The notes below the pieces were generated by a model, which did not search any database, was not told the DNA's origin, and saw only the letters and a program-made list of their open reading frames with translations. A stretch of 63,718 nt of DNA, the filler included, from Olpidium bornovanus S191 (lineage: Eukaryota; Fungi; Olpidiomycota), in NCBI GenBank assembly GCA_017911155.1. It is 31 parts of 31 records of this genome, joined end to end, with 100 filler letters (N's around TTAATTAATTAA, not from the genome) between each part and the next. Parts side by side here need not be neighbours in the genome. Positions count along the whole stretch, not along the records: positions 46,759 to 48,888 come from JAEFCI010001940.1; positions 48,989 to 50,592 come from JAEFCI010011887.1; positions 50,693 to 52,546 come from JAEFCI010010621.1; positions 52,647 to 54,391 come from JAEFCI010009458.1; positions 54,492 to 56,887 come from JAEFCI010007734.1; positions 56,988 to 59,667 come from JAEFCI010001169.1; positions 59,768 to 62,007 come from JAEFCI010009596.1; positions 62,108 to 63,718 come from JAEFCI010008501.1; 23 more parts are not named here. One strand, given 5' to 3'. Shown one piece after another: positions 47,150-62,217 of this stretch (position 1 is its first letter; each line of letters opens with the position of its first letter). The position numbers and the translations under genes were made by a program.

Positions 47150-48316
47150 CCTTGGGCTTTGCAGAAATCCTGGTCGTCGCAGTCCGTCATCCGCACTGCA
47201 TTATAGCACGCGGTGAATAAAGTGACCGGAACGACGAAAAAGGTGTCTGTGGGGGGGGAAGGGGGCGGAACGCGACAGAAAAAGCCCCTTACTGTTATCG
47301 AACGCCGCGCTGAGGTTTCTTGCGTCAGGATGCTCCGATCTCGTCGGCTCTCGCGAAAAGCTCCTGGGGGCGCCGCCCGGAGATTCCCCCGATTCGCGGA
47401 TAGAGCCGAGCGGGCGGAAGGCGCCGAAGACGCAGGACGACGACGACGACGCCGCCGCCGCCGCCGCCGTCCGTCCGTCGGTTCCCATAAAGCCGAGCGT
47501 TTTTTTGAACGGCGCCCTGTCCGGCAGCAAGTTTTCGTCGTCCGCGGCCGGCGGCGCCGACGACGCGGCCGAGGACGCCGCATGCGGCGGCCGCCGCGCG
47601 TAGAAACTTCCGGCGGCGCCTTCGGGGATCGTCTTCCGCTGCGGCAAAGGACCGTCGTCGTCAGGCAGAAGTATGTCATCCCCGTTGAGTTGCTGGAGGT
47701 CCACGTCTTAGAGCGGGGGCGGGGTGTGGTGGGGAAGTGGGGGGGGGGAGAAGGAAAGGGGGGAGAAGGGAGCGAGATCGAACAGTCAGCAGGGCCCTTC
47801 GGGGAGCAAAGCGGGGGAAGCGGGGGGGGCGTCGCACGTCCGCGTCGTTGTCATTTGAGAGTAGCAAAAAGGGCTTCCTCTCCCCCGCAAACGTCCCGCC
47901 TTTCCCCATACTCGCGCGGGCCCAACGGCGGGCCTACAGTTTTTTTTTTTTTTTTTTTTACCGTCTTCCGAATCACGCAAATCGACGAGGTCGCGGAGGA
48001 AAAGGCAGCTTTCGCGGCGCGCGGCGAGCGCGTCGCGGTCCAGAAGCTGCTTCTGCTGGAACCGCCGCGTCCGGGGCCACTGCGGCACGGACGAGAGCAG
48101 GGCGGCCTCCAACTCTTCCAGCGTAGGCGACGCCGGCCGCGGCAGCGGCGGGGGCGGGGCGAGCGCACGCAAAGCCGGGGCGGCCGCGCCGCCGCCGCCG
48201 CCAACGCCAACTCCAACGCCAACCGCCGCGGCAGCGGACGGTCCGCCGGGGTCGTGAGGGGCCGCGGCGCCCAGCGCGAGAGCGCACGCCAGGCTTCCTT
48301 GGTCGACCGCGCTCAT
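47150..48316 (-). CDS. Hypothetical low-complexity protein (multi-exon)
   Basis: ATG at 48316, MSAVDQGSLAC..LEELEAALLSSVPQWPR..DSEDG, with further open exons to FTACYNAVRMTDCDDQDFCKAQ. No family recognised. Confidence 0.4.
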
Positions 48317-49082
48317 TCCAGCGAAATTGGTCGGTGTCTTTGGTGTGGGGTGAGCGTGGGCGCGAGGGGAGTTTGGGGGAAGGAGCGGGTGTGTGTCCGC
48401 GCGACGCGCGGAACGGCCGAAAAAAAAAAAAAATGTTGCGCTGAAATGCACCGACAAACTATTTCAAAATCACAACACGTCATCAGCACCAGCTCTGCTC
48501 TCGGCACGTCGACCCCACCCTCCTCGCCGAGACCACTTTGTTTCACCGTTCGCCTCCGTTCCACGGAAGCATCCATGGCCCGGTCAGGCACGTCTTGCGG
48601 CCTGTTTCGCTGTTCTATGGTTCCCGGGGGCGCCTCCAGCCTGCTCTGTTGCGTGTGGCTTTTCCCTACTCGAAATCTCCTGTTTGCTCGAGCCCTCAAC
48701 GGCGCACGATGCACTCGGATCATCAAATACAATCAATCTGGCACAACAATGCCGAGGAGTTAAACATCCCAATCTTTTGCCGACTTCTGCACGGCAGTCA
48801 GAATACCATTCGAGTTTTCTGTACCTACGAGCGCACGCAGAACGGCCTTGCCAAATATCTCATCAAGCGGATTCAGCTCAACGCGCGGNNNNNNNNNNNN
48901 NNNNNNNNNNNNNNNNNNNNNNNNNNNNNNNNTTAATTAATTAANNNNNNNNNNNNNNNNNNNNNNNNNNNNNNNNNNNNNNNNNNNNCATGTCCTCCTT
49001 CCTTCAGAAGTTCAGCTCGTACGGATGCAGACCAGTTTTTATCCCACACCTCCCTGTCAAAGGTTGAAGCATCCACTTATCT

Positions 49083-50529
49083 GTGTGCTTTTTTTGTTCT
49101 CCCAATTTCAACAGGAGGCAGAGGCCGATGCCGTTAGCACCTACCGGCAGCTCCCGACCTTCGTCCGATGCCTCCCCTGCGATCAGGCGAGCGGTAAATT
49201 CGCCGCCGAGCTCGCCGCCGCCGCATCGTGTTGATAAAAGGAAGGCAGATGACCGACAGCCAGCGTCACCATCTGAGGGCCGCTCCCGCGGAAGTCCACC
49301 GCGGCTCGTCGATAAGGGCAAAGAGCGTGGGAAACAAACGCCGGCCCCTTCCCCGCAACCGTCGCCGGAGAGGCCGCCGCGTCAGAAATTGGACAAAGGG
49401 AAAGGCAAAGCACCGCCAGAGCCGTCCCCGGTGAGAAATCCGCCCGGAAATGTGCCAAGGTCGGGGCATGCGCCCGTGGCTCAGTACATCGTGGCGAGGA
49501 GGGAGCAACTGGAGTCTGGGGCCCGGCATCATTTCCCGGCTGATGGGTCAGACAGCGACCTGGAAATCATTGGGGCGCCGGGTGCGCCGGACCCTAACGC
49601 AAACTTACCAGAAGCGAAGCGGATCCTCGCGAACCGTCCCTGTTCTTCCACGGGCGGCTCCATCCTCCCGCAGCCGGTCCGCGCGGCAATGTCAGCAAAG
49701 AAGAGATACCATGAGCTGGCGGGAGTGAAATCCCCTCCGTCCACCAACCGTCGAAAGCGCATGCCCTCGTCGGCCGGCGCATTGCCTCCGTCACCCTGGG
49801 ATTCACCAGGGGCGGCTGGAGGAATTAAGATCCTCAACGCATCCCTCCGCGAAAAGATCGCGGAGCAGGCGGCAGAACGGCGCAGGCGCCAGGAGGAACA
49901 GGCCAAAGCCGCAGGCCTCTGGCGCCCGGCCCGGGTCGAACTCGTGGACGCGGACGTGCCCCGGGAGGCTGCGATGCCCCGGCGGCGGGACGAGGACGAC
50001 GAGGAGCAAGACGAGGATTACGTTTCTGGCCACTCAGGCACCGACAACAGCGACATCGGAACCAGCGGCACCGACCAAGACGACACTGCGAGCTGTTCCG
50101 GCAGCGACGTCAACGAGGACGACGGTGAATTGTCCGGTCCGTCCGAAGATTCTTCTTCCGGCGAGGACAGATACGGACACTCCGGCGGCGAGGAGGATTC
50201 GCGGTTGTCTGGCTCGGACGAATCCGCGGATGTTCACGCTTCTCTCGCGGTCGGAGAGGAAAGCCAGGACGAGGTTCTCCCGGTGGTCCGCCGCAAAACG
50301 AAGGCGGACCCGCACGCCCGCGGCCCGATTCAACCCGACGCGGGTTTGGCCGATAAGGCGCCGGCGATCGCCGCGGAGGATGACCCGCGCGCGACTTCTC
50401 CACGCCCGGCCTCCGCCGGATTCGGCGCTCTGTTCGCTCCCAGCAACGAGCCGCCCGCGCGGAAACTCTCGCCCGGCGCCTTCGCGGGACTTTTCGCGCC
50501 GAGCAACGAGCTTGCGTCCCGCGTAAGCG

Positions 50530-50561
<32 letters not shown>

Positions 50562-50592
50562 CGCCCGCCCCCCGCGCGCCGCGCGCCGCCCC
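49083..50592 (+). CDS. Large acidic/disordered exon, Mrc1/claspin-like
   Basis: Open frame of about 500 codons. KILNASLREKIAEQAAERRRRQEEQAKAAG followed by a D/E/S tract resembles the fungal Mrc1 central region. Confidence 0.45.
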
Positions 50593-50721
50593 NNNNNNNN
50601 NNNNNNNNNNNNNNNNNNNNNNNNNNNNNNNNNNNNTTAATTAATTAANNNNNNNNNNNNNNNNNNNNNNNNNNNNNNNNNNNNNNNNNNNNAAAACCGG
50701 CAAGACCGCGCGGCGACCCAC

Positions 50722-52490
50722 GCGTTGATGAAGTTCCGCACGTCCGCGACCGTGTGCGTCGTGTTGAATTTCGACAGCATGCGCGTCCCGTCGGCCAGAC
50801 GGATCTGGAGAGAGGTGACGGGCTGCGACGGGTCCACGCTCATCGCGGGCGCCGGGTTGCGTTCCGCGGGCGAGGCGGACGGCGGGGGCTGCGCCGAGCG
50901 GGAAACACCGCCGGAGCCAATCCTGGAAAACCACCCGGGCGCATAAAGGAGCAGCGCGGCGGCAGACGCAAGAAAATAGCTGATTGTCATCAGAAACTCT
51001 TGAAACCCGAGCAGGCCGCGAAATAAAGAGAGAAAGAATCGAGGTTTTGCGGGTGCCAATGCCCTCACCCGCCTAGCCTCTGCCCGCCGCCACTAAACGC
51101 CTTCAGGACGGGCTTCGGCGGCACGTAGTCCTCGTCCTGCTTCTTCGCCACCTTGACGTCCACGGGCTGGCCGGGAAGCACGTCCAGGACGTGTAGCGGG
51201 GCCTGGCCCGAGTTGATGGCCGCCAGCAGTTCCGAGTTGGCCGGGTCATCGTACGCGTACAGCGGGCCGTCGTCGACCGAAAAGCCGTTGCGCCAGAAGG
51301 TGAGCACCCGGCTGACCTGTCGAGCGATCAAAAAAGTCGGCGAAATAAACGAGAAAGAAATTAGGGAACAATCGCAAAATAAAACACAGGAGCGAGAATT
51401 TCCGGGCGCGTCGCGCAATTATGCCACCGAAGGCCGTACGAATTCACGAAGAATTAACGCGGAACACTCCGGTGACGTACGGTCGGAAGTCGCTGCGGCG
51501 GAGCCGGTCCGGACGGCACGGCTTCTGACGGGCCGTCTTCGCTCCCGAGGCGGTAGCCTCCAGGTTCCCGGCCGGCACGTGCGAACACCAGGTTCCGCGC
51601 GCACAACCGCATCAGCCACCGCTCTCAATGCCCCTCGTCCGGGCAGACGGGACACTCGCTTCATTCTCACCAGTTCCGACGAATGACCTTTGCCGAGGCG
51701 CCTCCACCTCTTCCGGAGGTGCAGCTCCTGCCCTGACGAAAGGGAAATATATTTCTACCAGGTGAGAACACTGGACGGCAGCAATGTTGCCGAGCAAGGA
51801 GAAGGGTGCCTTTTCCGGGCTTGCACGCGAATTTGGACTTCAGACTTACTGCGCGGCCTTCCTCAGGATATCCCCCACGAGGTTTCCGCCACCTCCGCGG
51901 TCCGGATTTTGGACCGCCATGGCCCTGCGGCGCAACGAAACCCCCCCGATATTTCGATCAGGCTTTCCGCTGACCTGCCGAGCAGATGTCTCTGCAGCCC
52001 GGTACAGGCGTCCGCAAACCGCAAACAGCAGGGGTCGACGTACGACTGCTTTCCGCCGGCAAACATGTTTTGGCCGTCCTCCTCCTCAGACGAATCCCCT
52101 CCGCCGCCGGCGGCGAGATCACCGAAGGTCATTATACCGCCTCGTCCCCGGTTCTGCGGGGGATTGCCCCGCGCGGGCCCGGACGCGCGGCTATGCCGGC
52201 GGAGGAAGTTGGCAGGTCAGGCCCGGCGTGCTCTGCGCTGAAAACGTGACGGAGCCGGAAAACACGTTTTCTCGCGCGGGACCGGCTCTCTTACTTGCCG
52301 GAACCCGAAGCGGCTCCCCTTCCTGCGCCCGGCTCGAACCCGTCCACGCCCGTCCCGCTCACGAATGGGCCCAGGTTCCCGGCCAGCGCGCCGGCGGACG
52401 TCGCGGCCAGCCCACCCGGCGCCTGCCCTCCGCCGCCGCCATGCCCGTCAGCCTGCTGGCTCTCGTAGTAACTTTCCACCGCAGACTACC
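50722..52490 (-). CDS. SHP1: UBX-domain Cdc48 cofactor Shp1/p47 (UBA end, SEP, SHP box, UBX)
   Basis: TFGDL..QNMFAGGKQS | GAMAVQNPD..VGDILRKAA | FVGTGYRLGS | VSRVLTFWRNGFSVDDGPL..INSGQAP..KAFSGGGQRLG | VDPSQPVTSLQIRLADGTRMLSKFNTTHTVADVRNFI. Confidence 0.93.
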
Positions 52491-53198
52491 GTCCGGAAAG
52501 CCGGAGGCGGGGGGGGGGGGGGGGGGGGGGGGGGGGGTGTGTGTTTNNNNNNNNNNNNNNNNNNNNNNNNNNNNNNNNNNNNNNNNNNNNTTAATTAATT
52601 AANNNNNNNNNNNNNNNNNNNNNNNNNNNNNNNNNNNNNNNNNNNNCCTCCCACTTTATATCCGCCGCTCCCATTACATTTCCCCTGTATATCCTACGGT
52701 TCTGAGCACCGCGTGCGGTGTTCGGGTCGCCGGCATCGACAAAGCCTTGGCGTCTAACCCAGCCCATCGTTATCACGTGACCGCACGTGAACGTCATTCA
52801 GAAATTTTTCATCCCCACCACCTGGATCCGACCAGCGGAAAAAACCCTTTGTCTCGGGCGGACGGCGACAACCCCGGAAAGCGGATTTCGTCGTATTTTC
52901 CGAGATCGCCGGCGTTTGTTGCTGGAGGCAAAGCTGTCTCGCGTCTCGATAACCCGCAAGCCGGCGTGCACCGCACTCCGCTTCCCGTGGCCGCCGGTTG
53001 GGGAGTCGGTCGGCTCCCCTTCCCCCCGCCCGCAACGGTGTGGCCACAACGGCGTGGCCACAATCTCTGACCGCCGTGGGCCAGGCACGCCACCAGACAC
53101 AGCACAGGAATCCAACTTCTGCACCTCGATACCGGCCCGCGGCCAACGGGCAACTGCTTCTTTCGTAACCGTCAATTTGTGCCGAAACTCGCCCGACA

Positions 53199-54000
53199 AT
53201 GGCTTCGGCTCCCATGATTATCCCGCTCGCGAGGTGGACGCGCTCCGCGAAGCCCGAGGTCCGCGCCAGCTTCGCAGGCCCCATTACGGCCGTCACTGCG
53301 GACGACACGCACGTTGTGACTGGGCTCGCGGATGGGCGTGTCTGGATATACAAGCGCGAGGGCAGGAGCGACGCCGTCACTCTCTCGTTCGACGTGAGTC
53401 GTTTCTTTTTACTTCCGGTTGCGCCGACAGGAATTAAGACCTCTAACAACGAAGTCATCGGCGTCCGTGCGATTTTCCCGTTGGGACTTCTGGTGACTTT
53501 CGGATGTTCACGAAAAGTTATCGTTTAAAGTGTTGTGCATCGGCCACCATGCCGCGGTGACGGCGCTCACGATGGTCGAAGTGGAAACTGATGCGCCAAG
53601 CAGGACGGAGGTTGTCGTCCTCTCCGCTTCGGAAGACGGGTAAGGGCTCTAAACGCCTTCCCGACAGCGTCTCCGCATAGGCAAACGGCGGGTTTGCCTC
53701 TTGGAGCCAGTTACGGTGGCGATTTTGGAAAGTAACTAACTTAGTCTCCGTCGACTTGGCTTTCCTAGGGTTCTCATGAAATGGGCCGTTGCTGACGGGC
53801 GTTGTCTCCAGTGCAATCCGCGGGTGTCGAACGGCGCGCCGACGCGGTTAGCCGTGTTTCCAGACTATCTGAAGGTCAGCGCCTTCAGATTATTTTGTGT
53901 AGCGTGTAACCGGTCCGTCCTCATTGAGCCGACGAACATTTCGGGCCGGAAGCATGGTTGTGGCCGCGAACTACGTAGCACCGTCCGAAACCGCCTGTCA
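53199..54000 (+). CDS. WDR7: WDR7/WDR72 (Rabconnectin-3 beta)-like WD40 protein, 5' exons
   Basis: IIPLARW..VVTGLADGRVWIY | LCIGHHAAVTAL..VLSASEDG | VLMKWAVADGRCL parallels WDR7 VLPIVLW..IVTGCHDGQICLW..GHTASITCL..SASESGEMCLWDVSDGRCI. Confidence 0.78.
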
Positions 54001-55024
54001 TCTAAGACGTTGGAACCTGGCATAACTCCAGGCGAATATACTTTCTGACTATGTGCGATTGGACGACCCTCTAGCTCCACTCCTCCGCCCGTTTTGTTGT
54101 GTGCTCAGGAAACTCGGAAGATATCACCATTCTGAACGCCAGCTCTTTAGAGGTCGGTGTGGGTCAGTAATATTGCCCTTTGGTCATTTTAATTTGGTTG
54201 CTGGCATCCCTGCAAAAAAGACCGTTTATTGTTGCTGAATTTATCGCATATCCCGGAATTTAAATCAAGATCGTTCGAGTCTGGGGTGGTCACTCGAACT
54301 GGGTCACGTGCACTCCGCTGTCAGACGCAGGTGCGCAACTTGGGGCCAACCGTGGCGCTTCGCCTGTGCGCGATTGACATCCATCTCATGCNNNNNNNNN
54401 NNNNNNNNNNNNNNNNNNNNNNNNNNNNNNNNNNNTTAATTAATTAANNNNNNNNNNNNNNNNNNNNNNNNNNNNNNNNNNNNNNNNNNNNCCCCCCCCC
54501 CCTCCATCTGGCTGCCACGCACGGGAACGGCCGTTTTGTCGTGCGGTCTCTCCTGCTCGCCCGTCTCCCGTGACGAAACGCCCGGTGGCGCTCTCCTCTC
54601 GGCTCCAAAAGTGCAGCAGCCAAAAGTTGCGCGCGGGGGGAATCGTGGAATTCGCGCAATTCGTGAAATTCGCAGGATCCCCAGGAGCAGCACTTGGATG
54701 ATCACGTGACCAGCAAAGCGCATTTGCGCGGTCCACAACAAAAACCGGAGCATTTGTTTTCCCCGCCCCGTCTTTCATTTTTTTTTTTTTTTTTTTTTTT
54801 TTTTGGCAGCGTTTTCGGGGGAAAACCCCAGGGTACCCCCCGCTCCCCCCCCCAAAAAAAAAAAAAAAAAAAAACACGCCGCGCGCACATCGTCCGCGCG
54901 ATCTCCTGTCAACGTCAAGGGAGTCAACCGTCGTCCCCGCCGTCGAGGAAAGAGGGGATCGGTTGGCTTTGGATAAAGGGCCGGGGATCGCCCCGTTCCC
55001 CGTGCCTCCTGCGCCCGCACGCGA

Positions 55025-56887
<1,863 letters not shown>

Positions 56888-57870
56888 NNNNNNNNNNNNN
56901 NNNNNNNNNNNNNNNNNNNNNNNNNNNNNNNTTAATTAATTAANNNNNNNNNNNNNNNNNNNNNNNNNNNNNNNNNNNNNNNNNNNNCCCCCCCCCCATT
57001 CTCCCCCCCTTAACGCGTAGCTCCTCTCTCGCCAGAGAGCTAAAAAACTTTCCCATCCACACAGATCGCTTCTCTCATCGATCATACTCGGCCCTCCCAG
57101 CCGATCAAAGTCGGGGCAAAGTGGAGGAACAGGGGCTCACCGTCAAGCAGCATTGTCCCTTTTGCGGCGGTGGGAAGGAAGAGAAGGCCGCGGGCAAGAA
57201 GGAAAACTCAAAAGGCTCGGGGGAAGGAAGGCTGTTCAGTGACGCAGCAGCGGCACCGTTGGGCTCGTAACCCACTTGGGACAGTTGGTCTTCTCCCATC
57301 GCCGGGGTTATTCCAGTCTTTGTTTCGTACTAATTTCGTCTATTTTACGGGAAGGTGACGGGGGCCAGTCCGCACTCCCAAGTTTCCGGACCAGGAGGAA
57401 GAGAGAAAGGGGGGAGGGGGTGGGAAGGTTTACGCGTTACGCAGAAATTTCCGCTTTTTTGCGGAGTACATACACATATAGTGGAGACGTACCAGAAGTG
57501 GAATAGAAGACCCCTCCACCCCCCCCTCCCCACCCCACCTGTGGCGCTCCGTGACGGGAGCTTTTAACTCGTTTGTTACCACTGTCGTCCGGCGTACACG
57601 CGGCCAAAGCCTGGAGATGCGCCAAAGTGCACACCCTCCGATTCCATTTGCCGTTCACGTTCGGGACAAAACTTTTGGGATAAACGTTCGCCGGTTTTCT
57701 CTGTCGGACGTATCAAACGCCGAAATGCAATGCAAGCCCGCGGGCCTGGCGCTACGGCCCGCAGTGAGCCGCGCGACGCGAGACGCAAACTTTTTCTAGC
57801 AGGCCTAAATCTAAGTTTTTTTGAATTATGAGATACCGCCTCGTTTAAAATTCACATGATGGCCGCTAAT

Positions 57871-59667
57871 CTAAACATGGCCCAGTACGACTGCGAACCG
57901 CAGCGATCCCACGCCGTTCTCGCAATCATCGAGATTCCCGACAAGGTAATCGTCCGAACATAGCGCCACGCTTTTCCATCCCTGAGTTTCGTCGGTGAAG
58001 GCGAAGGTGTGTAATTGGGGGGCGTTAACACCGGGGAACTGGCCATTCCGCCAAAAAAAAAAAAAAAAAAAAAAAAAAACTCCCCCGTGCTTCCGGCAAA
58101 CCTTTTGCAACTCACCCAACTCTGGTCGACGGCGAAGAAGTCTGCTTTACTTTGGAAAGCGGTAATGACGTACGACGGGCCGCGCGACGCGCAGTAGATC
58201 TTGAACCAGGTCTTTGTGGAATTCCGTGGGTCGGAGTAGTATGACATCGCGTCGCTAGGCGGGGCATCTTTCGCCATGGCGGCCCCGCGTCCATGCCGGT
58301 TTCTGGACCAAAAGGGCCGTTTCGAGTCAAATAGTGAGCACCCGGACGAAATGGTGGGCCGGCATCTGGTGGAAAACCACGACACTCACAGGTAAACGCC
58401 GATCTGCGGCCGCTTGCGCGCAGTACTGAAGCTTTTCTGTATATACAGGTTCCACGTTGACCTAACAGGGCGGCAGGCGTTATATAACGTCCGCACTCCT
58501 GCAAAGCGCGCAAAGGAGCAAAAGCGCCCGAACGAACACGAAAAATTTGCTTACCCGGCGTAAAAGAATTTCTCAGAGTACTGGCGCGCCGAGGGCAGCA
58601 TGTCCTGGATTTCCGTGAATTCGACACTGAACCTGAACGGCTCGTACACCGAATACTCCGTCTCCGAAGGTGAGGGGCTTGGGGCCATTTCCGCAGAATT
58701 GACAACGTACGTCTTGTCTTCGGACGGGACGGGGAACAGCCTGTTCCGGTGACGGGGGCGGGACCGTCCCTTGGAGTCGTTTCCGCCGTCATGTTTACCT
58801 GTGAGGCGAGCGAGGGCTTTCTCGTCGGCGCAGGCGGCAGAGACGCACGCCCGGAGTTCCCCCTGGCGCCACCAGGCTCTCTCGAGCACTTTTCTGCGGA
58901 CGAGGCCGTCCGCGAACATGGCCTTGATTTCGCCGAAGGTCATGTGCGTGTAGAACACTCCGCGGTTCAGCAGGTAATCGAAAACGCCCCGGTCGACGGA
59001 ATACAGCCCCTCGGGGCGCTCGGCACAAGCATCGGCGCGTTCGCCGGCACCGGGTGGATCCGGACTGCCGCCCGTCTTTTTGTTGATATCGCCCGGAGAA
59101 CATTCGGAAGGACGTGCCGACAGCGCGGACGCCCGGCGGTCGCCATCATAACTCCCGGACGGAGGAACGTCGATCGGAGTCGTGTTGCTCAACGATTTCC
59201 GCAATTCTCGACCGGCGTCCTCGCCCTCGTTCGCTCGGACCCGGCCGCCCGCGTCAACTGCGCGCCGCTGCATGACCTCCGCGATAAGCTTGTAGCGCTC
59301 AAACTCCGATTCGATACAGAGCGCCTCGGATGAGAGGATTTGTCGTAGCCACGTCCCAGGCAGCAGGCACAGGCAAGCGCGCAGGCGGTCCTTGCCATCG
59401 CGGCAGAGCGCGGTGTAGCATGCCTCCTGGATCCGGGCCGAGAAATGGCCGAAATTCCGGCTGATCGCAAAGTTGAGGTACCGGTTGAGGTTATTCGGAC
59501 CGAGGTTCGCTTGCATATGGTCGACGCAGGACTCCATGAGATCGTGCATGTCGAAGTACGAGGCGGCGGCCATCAAGTTGAAGACGTTGGAGTCGTCGAT
59601 GCGTCCGCCGGGACCGCCGTACAGCAGATCCAGCACGGCCTCGAAAGCCGAGCTCGTGATAATCGGG
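57871..59667 (-). CDS. BTB/BACK-domain protein with a conserved C-terminal domain (fungal Btb2/germ-cell-less-like), 3' part
   Basis: AFEAVLDLLYG..LMAAASYFDMHDLMESC; PFRFSVEF..YSEKFFYAG | STWNLYIQK..QIGVYL | YSDPR..WFKIYC..DFFAVDQSW | LRFAVVLGHV*. Confidence 0.8.
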
Positions 59668-60205
59668 NNNNNNNNNNNNNNNNNNNNNNNNNNNNNNNNN
59701 NNNNNNNNNNNTTAATTAATTAANNNNNNNNNNNNNNNNNNNNNNNNNNNNNNNNNNNNNNNNNNNNCATGCAAACGGCCGCCTGGGTGACCGCGGCTTG
59801 GGGCGCGTTGCCGCCGCACGGGCCCGCACACACGTGTACGTGAGGGGGCCCCCTGGGCAACGACCGCAAAGAAAATCGGAGGGATATCAGGCCAAAGAAA
59901 AAAAGAATTGTCACAATTTTGAATGCCAGTTTCCCTCTTCCCGGTGCTCCTAACAACCCGCCGGATCGCAGTTCAGCGAGCCACGCAGTTATGGCATCTG
60001 CATCTGCGGAGAGCCTCTTCGGCAAAGAAGCAACTGCAGAAAGCGGCAAAAATGAAACTTCTTCTTGGCCGCACACAAAAACAGCTAATTTCTACAGTTT
60101 TCCTTAGCTGCATTGTGACAAGGTTTCTTGTTTCAACGGGCCGGAGGGTGGAAAACGAGAAAACAACAGAGTGGTACGGAAATCGGTCAAGCCTGTCGGG
60201 ACCTG

Positions 60206-61649
60206 CTACACGGCAAGGGCTTCTACTCGTCCTTCTTCGTCCTCCTGTTGCAATTTCAACTTAGAGTCGGTCGATGCGGCCTGCCGATCAATCGATGTCC
60301 CGAGACCACCGTCGGAGGTGTTGTCGACGGTGGCGGCGTCTACCGCCGCCTCTCGGCCCAGGAGCCCCTTGTCCAGGCCCGGCTCGTCGTTGGCGTCCTT
60401 CCGCGGGCCGCGTGACACCACGACCACATCGTCACCGGCATCGGACTCGGCCCCGGCGTCGCTGTTTGTTCCGGAGCAACACACGTCCTTGAGTTGATCG
60501 TATTCCGGAAGCCACATCTGGTCTTCCTCCGGCAACGCTGCGTCGTACTCCTCCTCGCTCTCGTACCCGACCTGTCGGCGGGGCGGCGTGAATTCCCCAG
60601 AAAAAATCGAACGCACGTGGGTTATCGCGCGCAACCCAAAGACAACCCCAAAATGAAAAAAAAAAGAATGAAAGAAGGAAACTTGCCAGCTCGCGAAAAG
60701 TTTCGAGAATCGCCGGCGGCGCCGCGGCGAGCTGGGCCTCTACCGTGTCGATCCACAGGCGGTCGGGCAGCTGCTCGCGCGGAGCGAACAGCGTGTCGAG
60801 AAAGTTTTTGACGCGCGACGGAAGAAGCTCTTCGGCGGGGCCGTTCTCCGCGGAGGAGGAGGGCGCCGGGGAAGGCGCGTGGCCGAGGACGCCGGAGGTG
60901 ATCTGGTCGAAGAAGGGGGCGTTTCGCTCGTACAGCTCTCGCATCTCGGCGCTGCGGTCGGCCATCGCGACCAGCATCCCTGACGGCATCTCCTGGCAGG
61001 GGAGGGGGATGTTCATGCTCGGCGAGTCTATCGAGATCTCGGAGCAGAAGGAGGAGGATATGCTGCGGGGGCCGAGCGGGACGGGGGACCCCCCGGAGAG
61101 CGCGCAGCCGGACCCGGGCGGCTCGCAGGCGGACGGCGAGGCGGCCACCACGGCGTCCTCGGGCACGGCCTGCAAGGGCCCGCAGCCGTTCGCCGCCGCC
61201 AGTCCCGTCATCGAGGGGGAGTGGCTGTGCGGCCGGTGGAACACGTGGTGCGCGGGGTGGTGGTGGGGGTGGAGCGAGAAGCGGCCGCGGCGGGGGGCCG
61301 ACGTTCCGAGGCCGCCGGGGCCGTCAAGCGGAGAAGGGCCCGCCTCGTCGTCCGCGGCGTTCTCCGCGGAGGCGGGGCCGCCGCCGTCGGCGCCGTCGCC
61401 GCCGGCCGGGCGCGACCGGAGGGGGCGCAGGTCGAGCGCCGCCGGCCTCCTGTGCGCAGCGGCCGGGCCGCCGGCAGCCTCCTCCTCCTCCTCAACCTCG
61501 TCCTCGTCCTCGTCCTCCTCGTCCTCCTCCTCCTCCTGGTGCGAGGGGCCCGGCGGGGGACGCGCGGGCCACGGGAAGCGCGCCTTTTCGTCCTCAGCCG
61601 CGGCGGGGACGGCGCGTGCGGCGGGCGAGCGGGACTGGTGCTGGGCCAT
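60206..61649 (-). CDS. Hypothetical acidic protein (at least 2 exons)
   Basis: ATG at 61649 opens a frame of more than 300 codons with an ordered segment MADRSAEMRELYERNAPFFDQI..LFAPREQLPDRLW. A second exon reads VGYESEEEYD... Confidence 0.55.
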
Positions 61650-61726
61650 TGCGGTTGTCGTTGTTCTTGCGGCAGCGTCGCCGGCCGGAGGGGCGCATGC
61701 GTCTCGCACACACACACACACACACA

Positions 61727-61764
<38 letters not shown>

Positions 61765-61796
61765 CACCCGGGTGTGTGTCTCGATAACGTGCAGTA

Positions 61797-61832
<36 letters not shown>

Positions 61833-61884
61833 TCGCTGCGCCCGCCTTGAATAAATGCTGTGCCGCGTTAGTTTGCGGGGGGAG

Positions 61885-61919
<35 letters not shown>

Positions 61920-62007
61920 TGTGTGTGTGTGTGTGCGAGACGCATGCGCCCCTCCGGCCGGCGACGCTGCCGCAAGAACAACGACAACCGCAATGGCCCA
62001 GCACCAG
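61635..62007. repeat. Fold-back inverted repeat at contig end
   Basis: About 61635-61757 (73 unique nt plus (CA)n(CT)n) is the reverse complement of about 61887-62007, which ends exactly at the spacer. Confidence 0.95.
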
Positions 62008-62217
62008 NNNNNNNNNNNNNNNNNNNNNNNNNNNNNNNNNNNNNNNNNNNNTTAATTAATTAANNNNNNNNNNNNNNNNNNNNNNNNNNNNNNNNNNNNN
62101 NNNNNNNCTCCTCTTCCTCCGTCCGCGGGTTCCGCCATATTATGCTGCGGGCATCGCATGTTGAAATCGGTCGGACCTGACTCCTCACGGCGCCCCCCTC
62201 GAAATTTCGGGTGACAG

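Noticed and set aside
57105-57300. HCPFCGG as a Twinkle-type primase zinc finger
   Set aside because: The second Cys pair and primase motifs were not found; one CxxC is insufficient.
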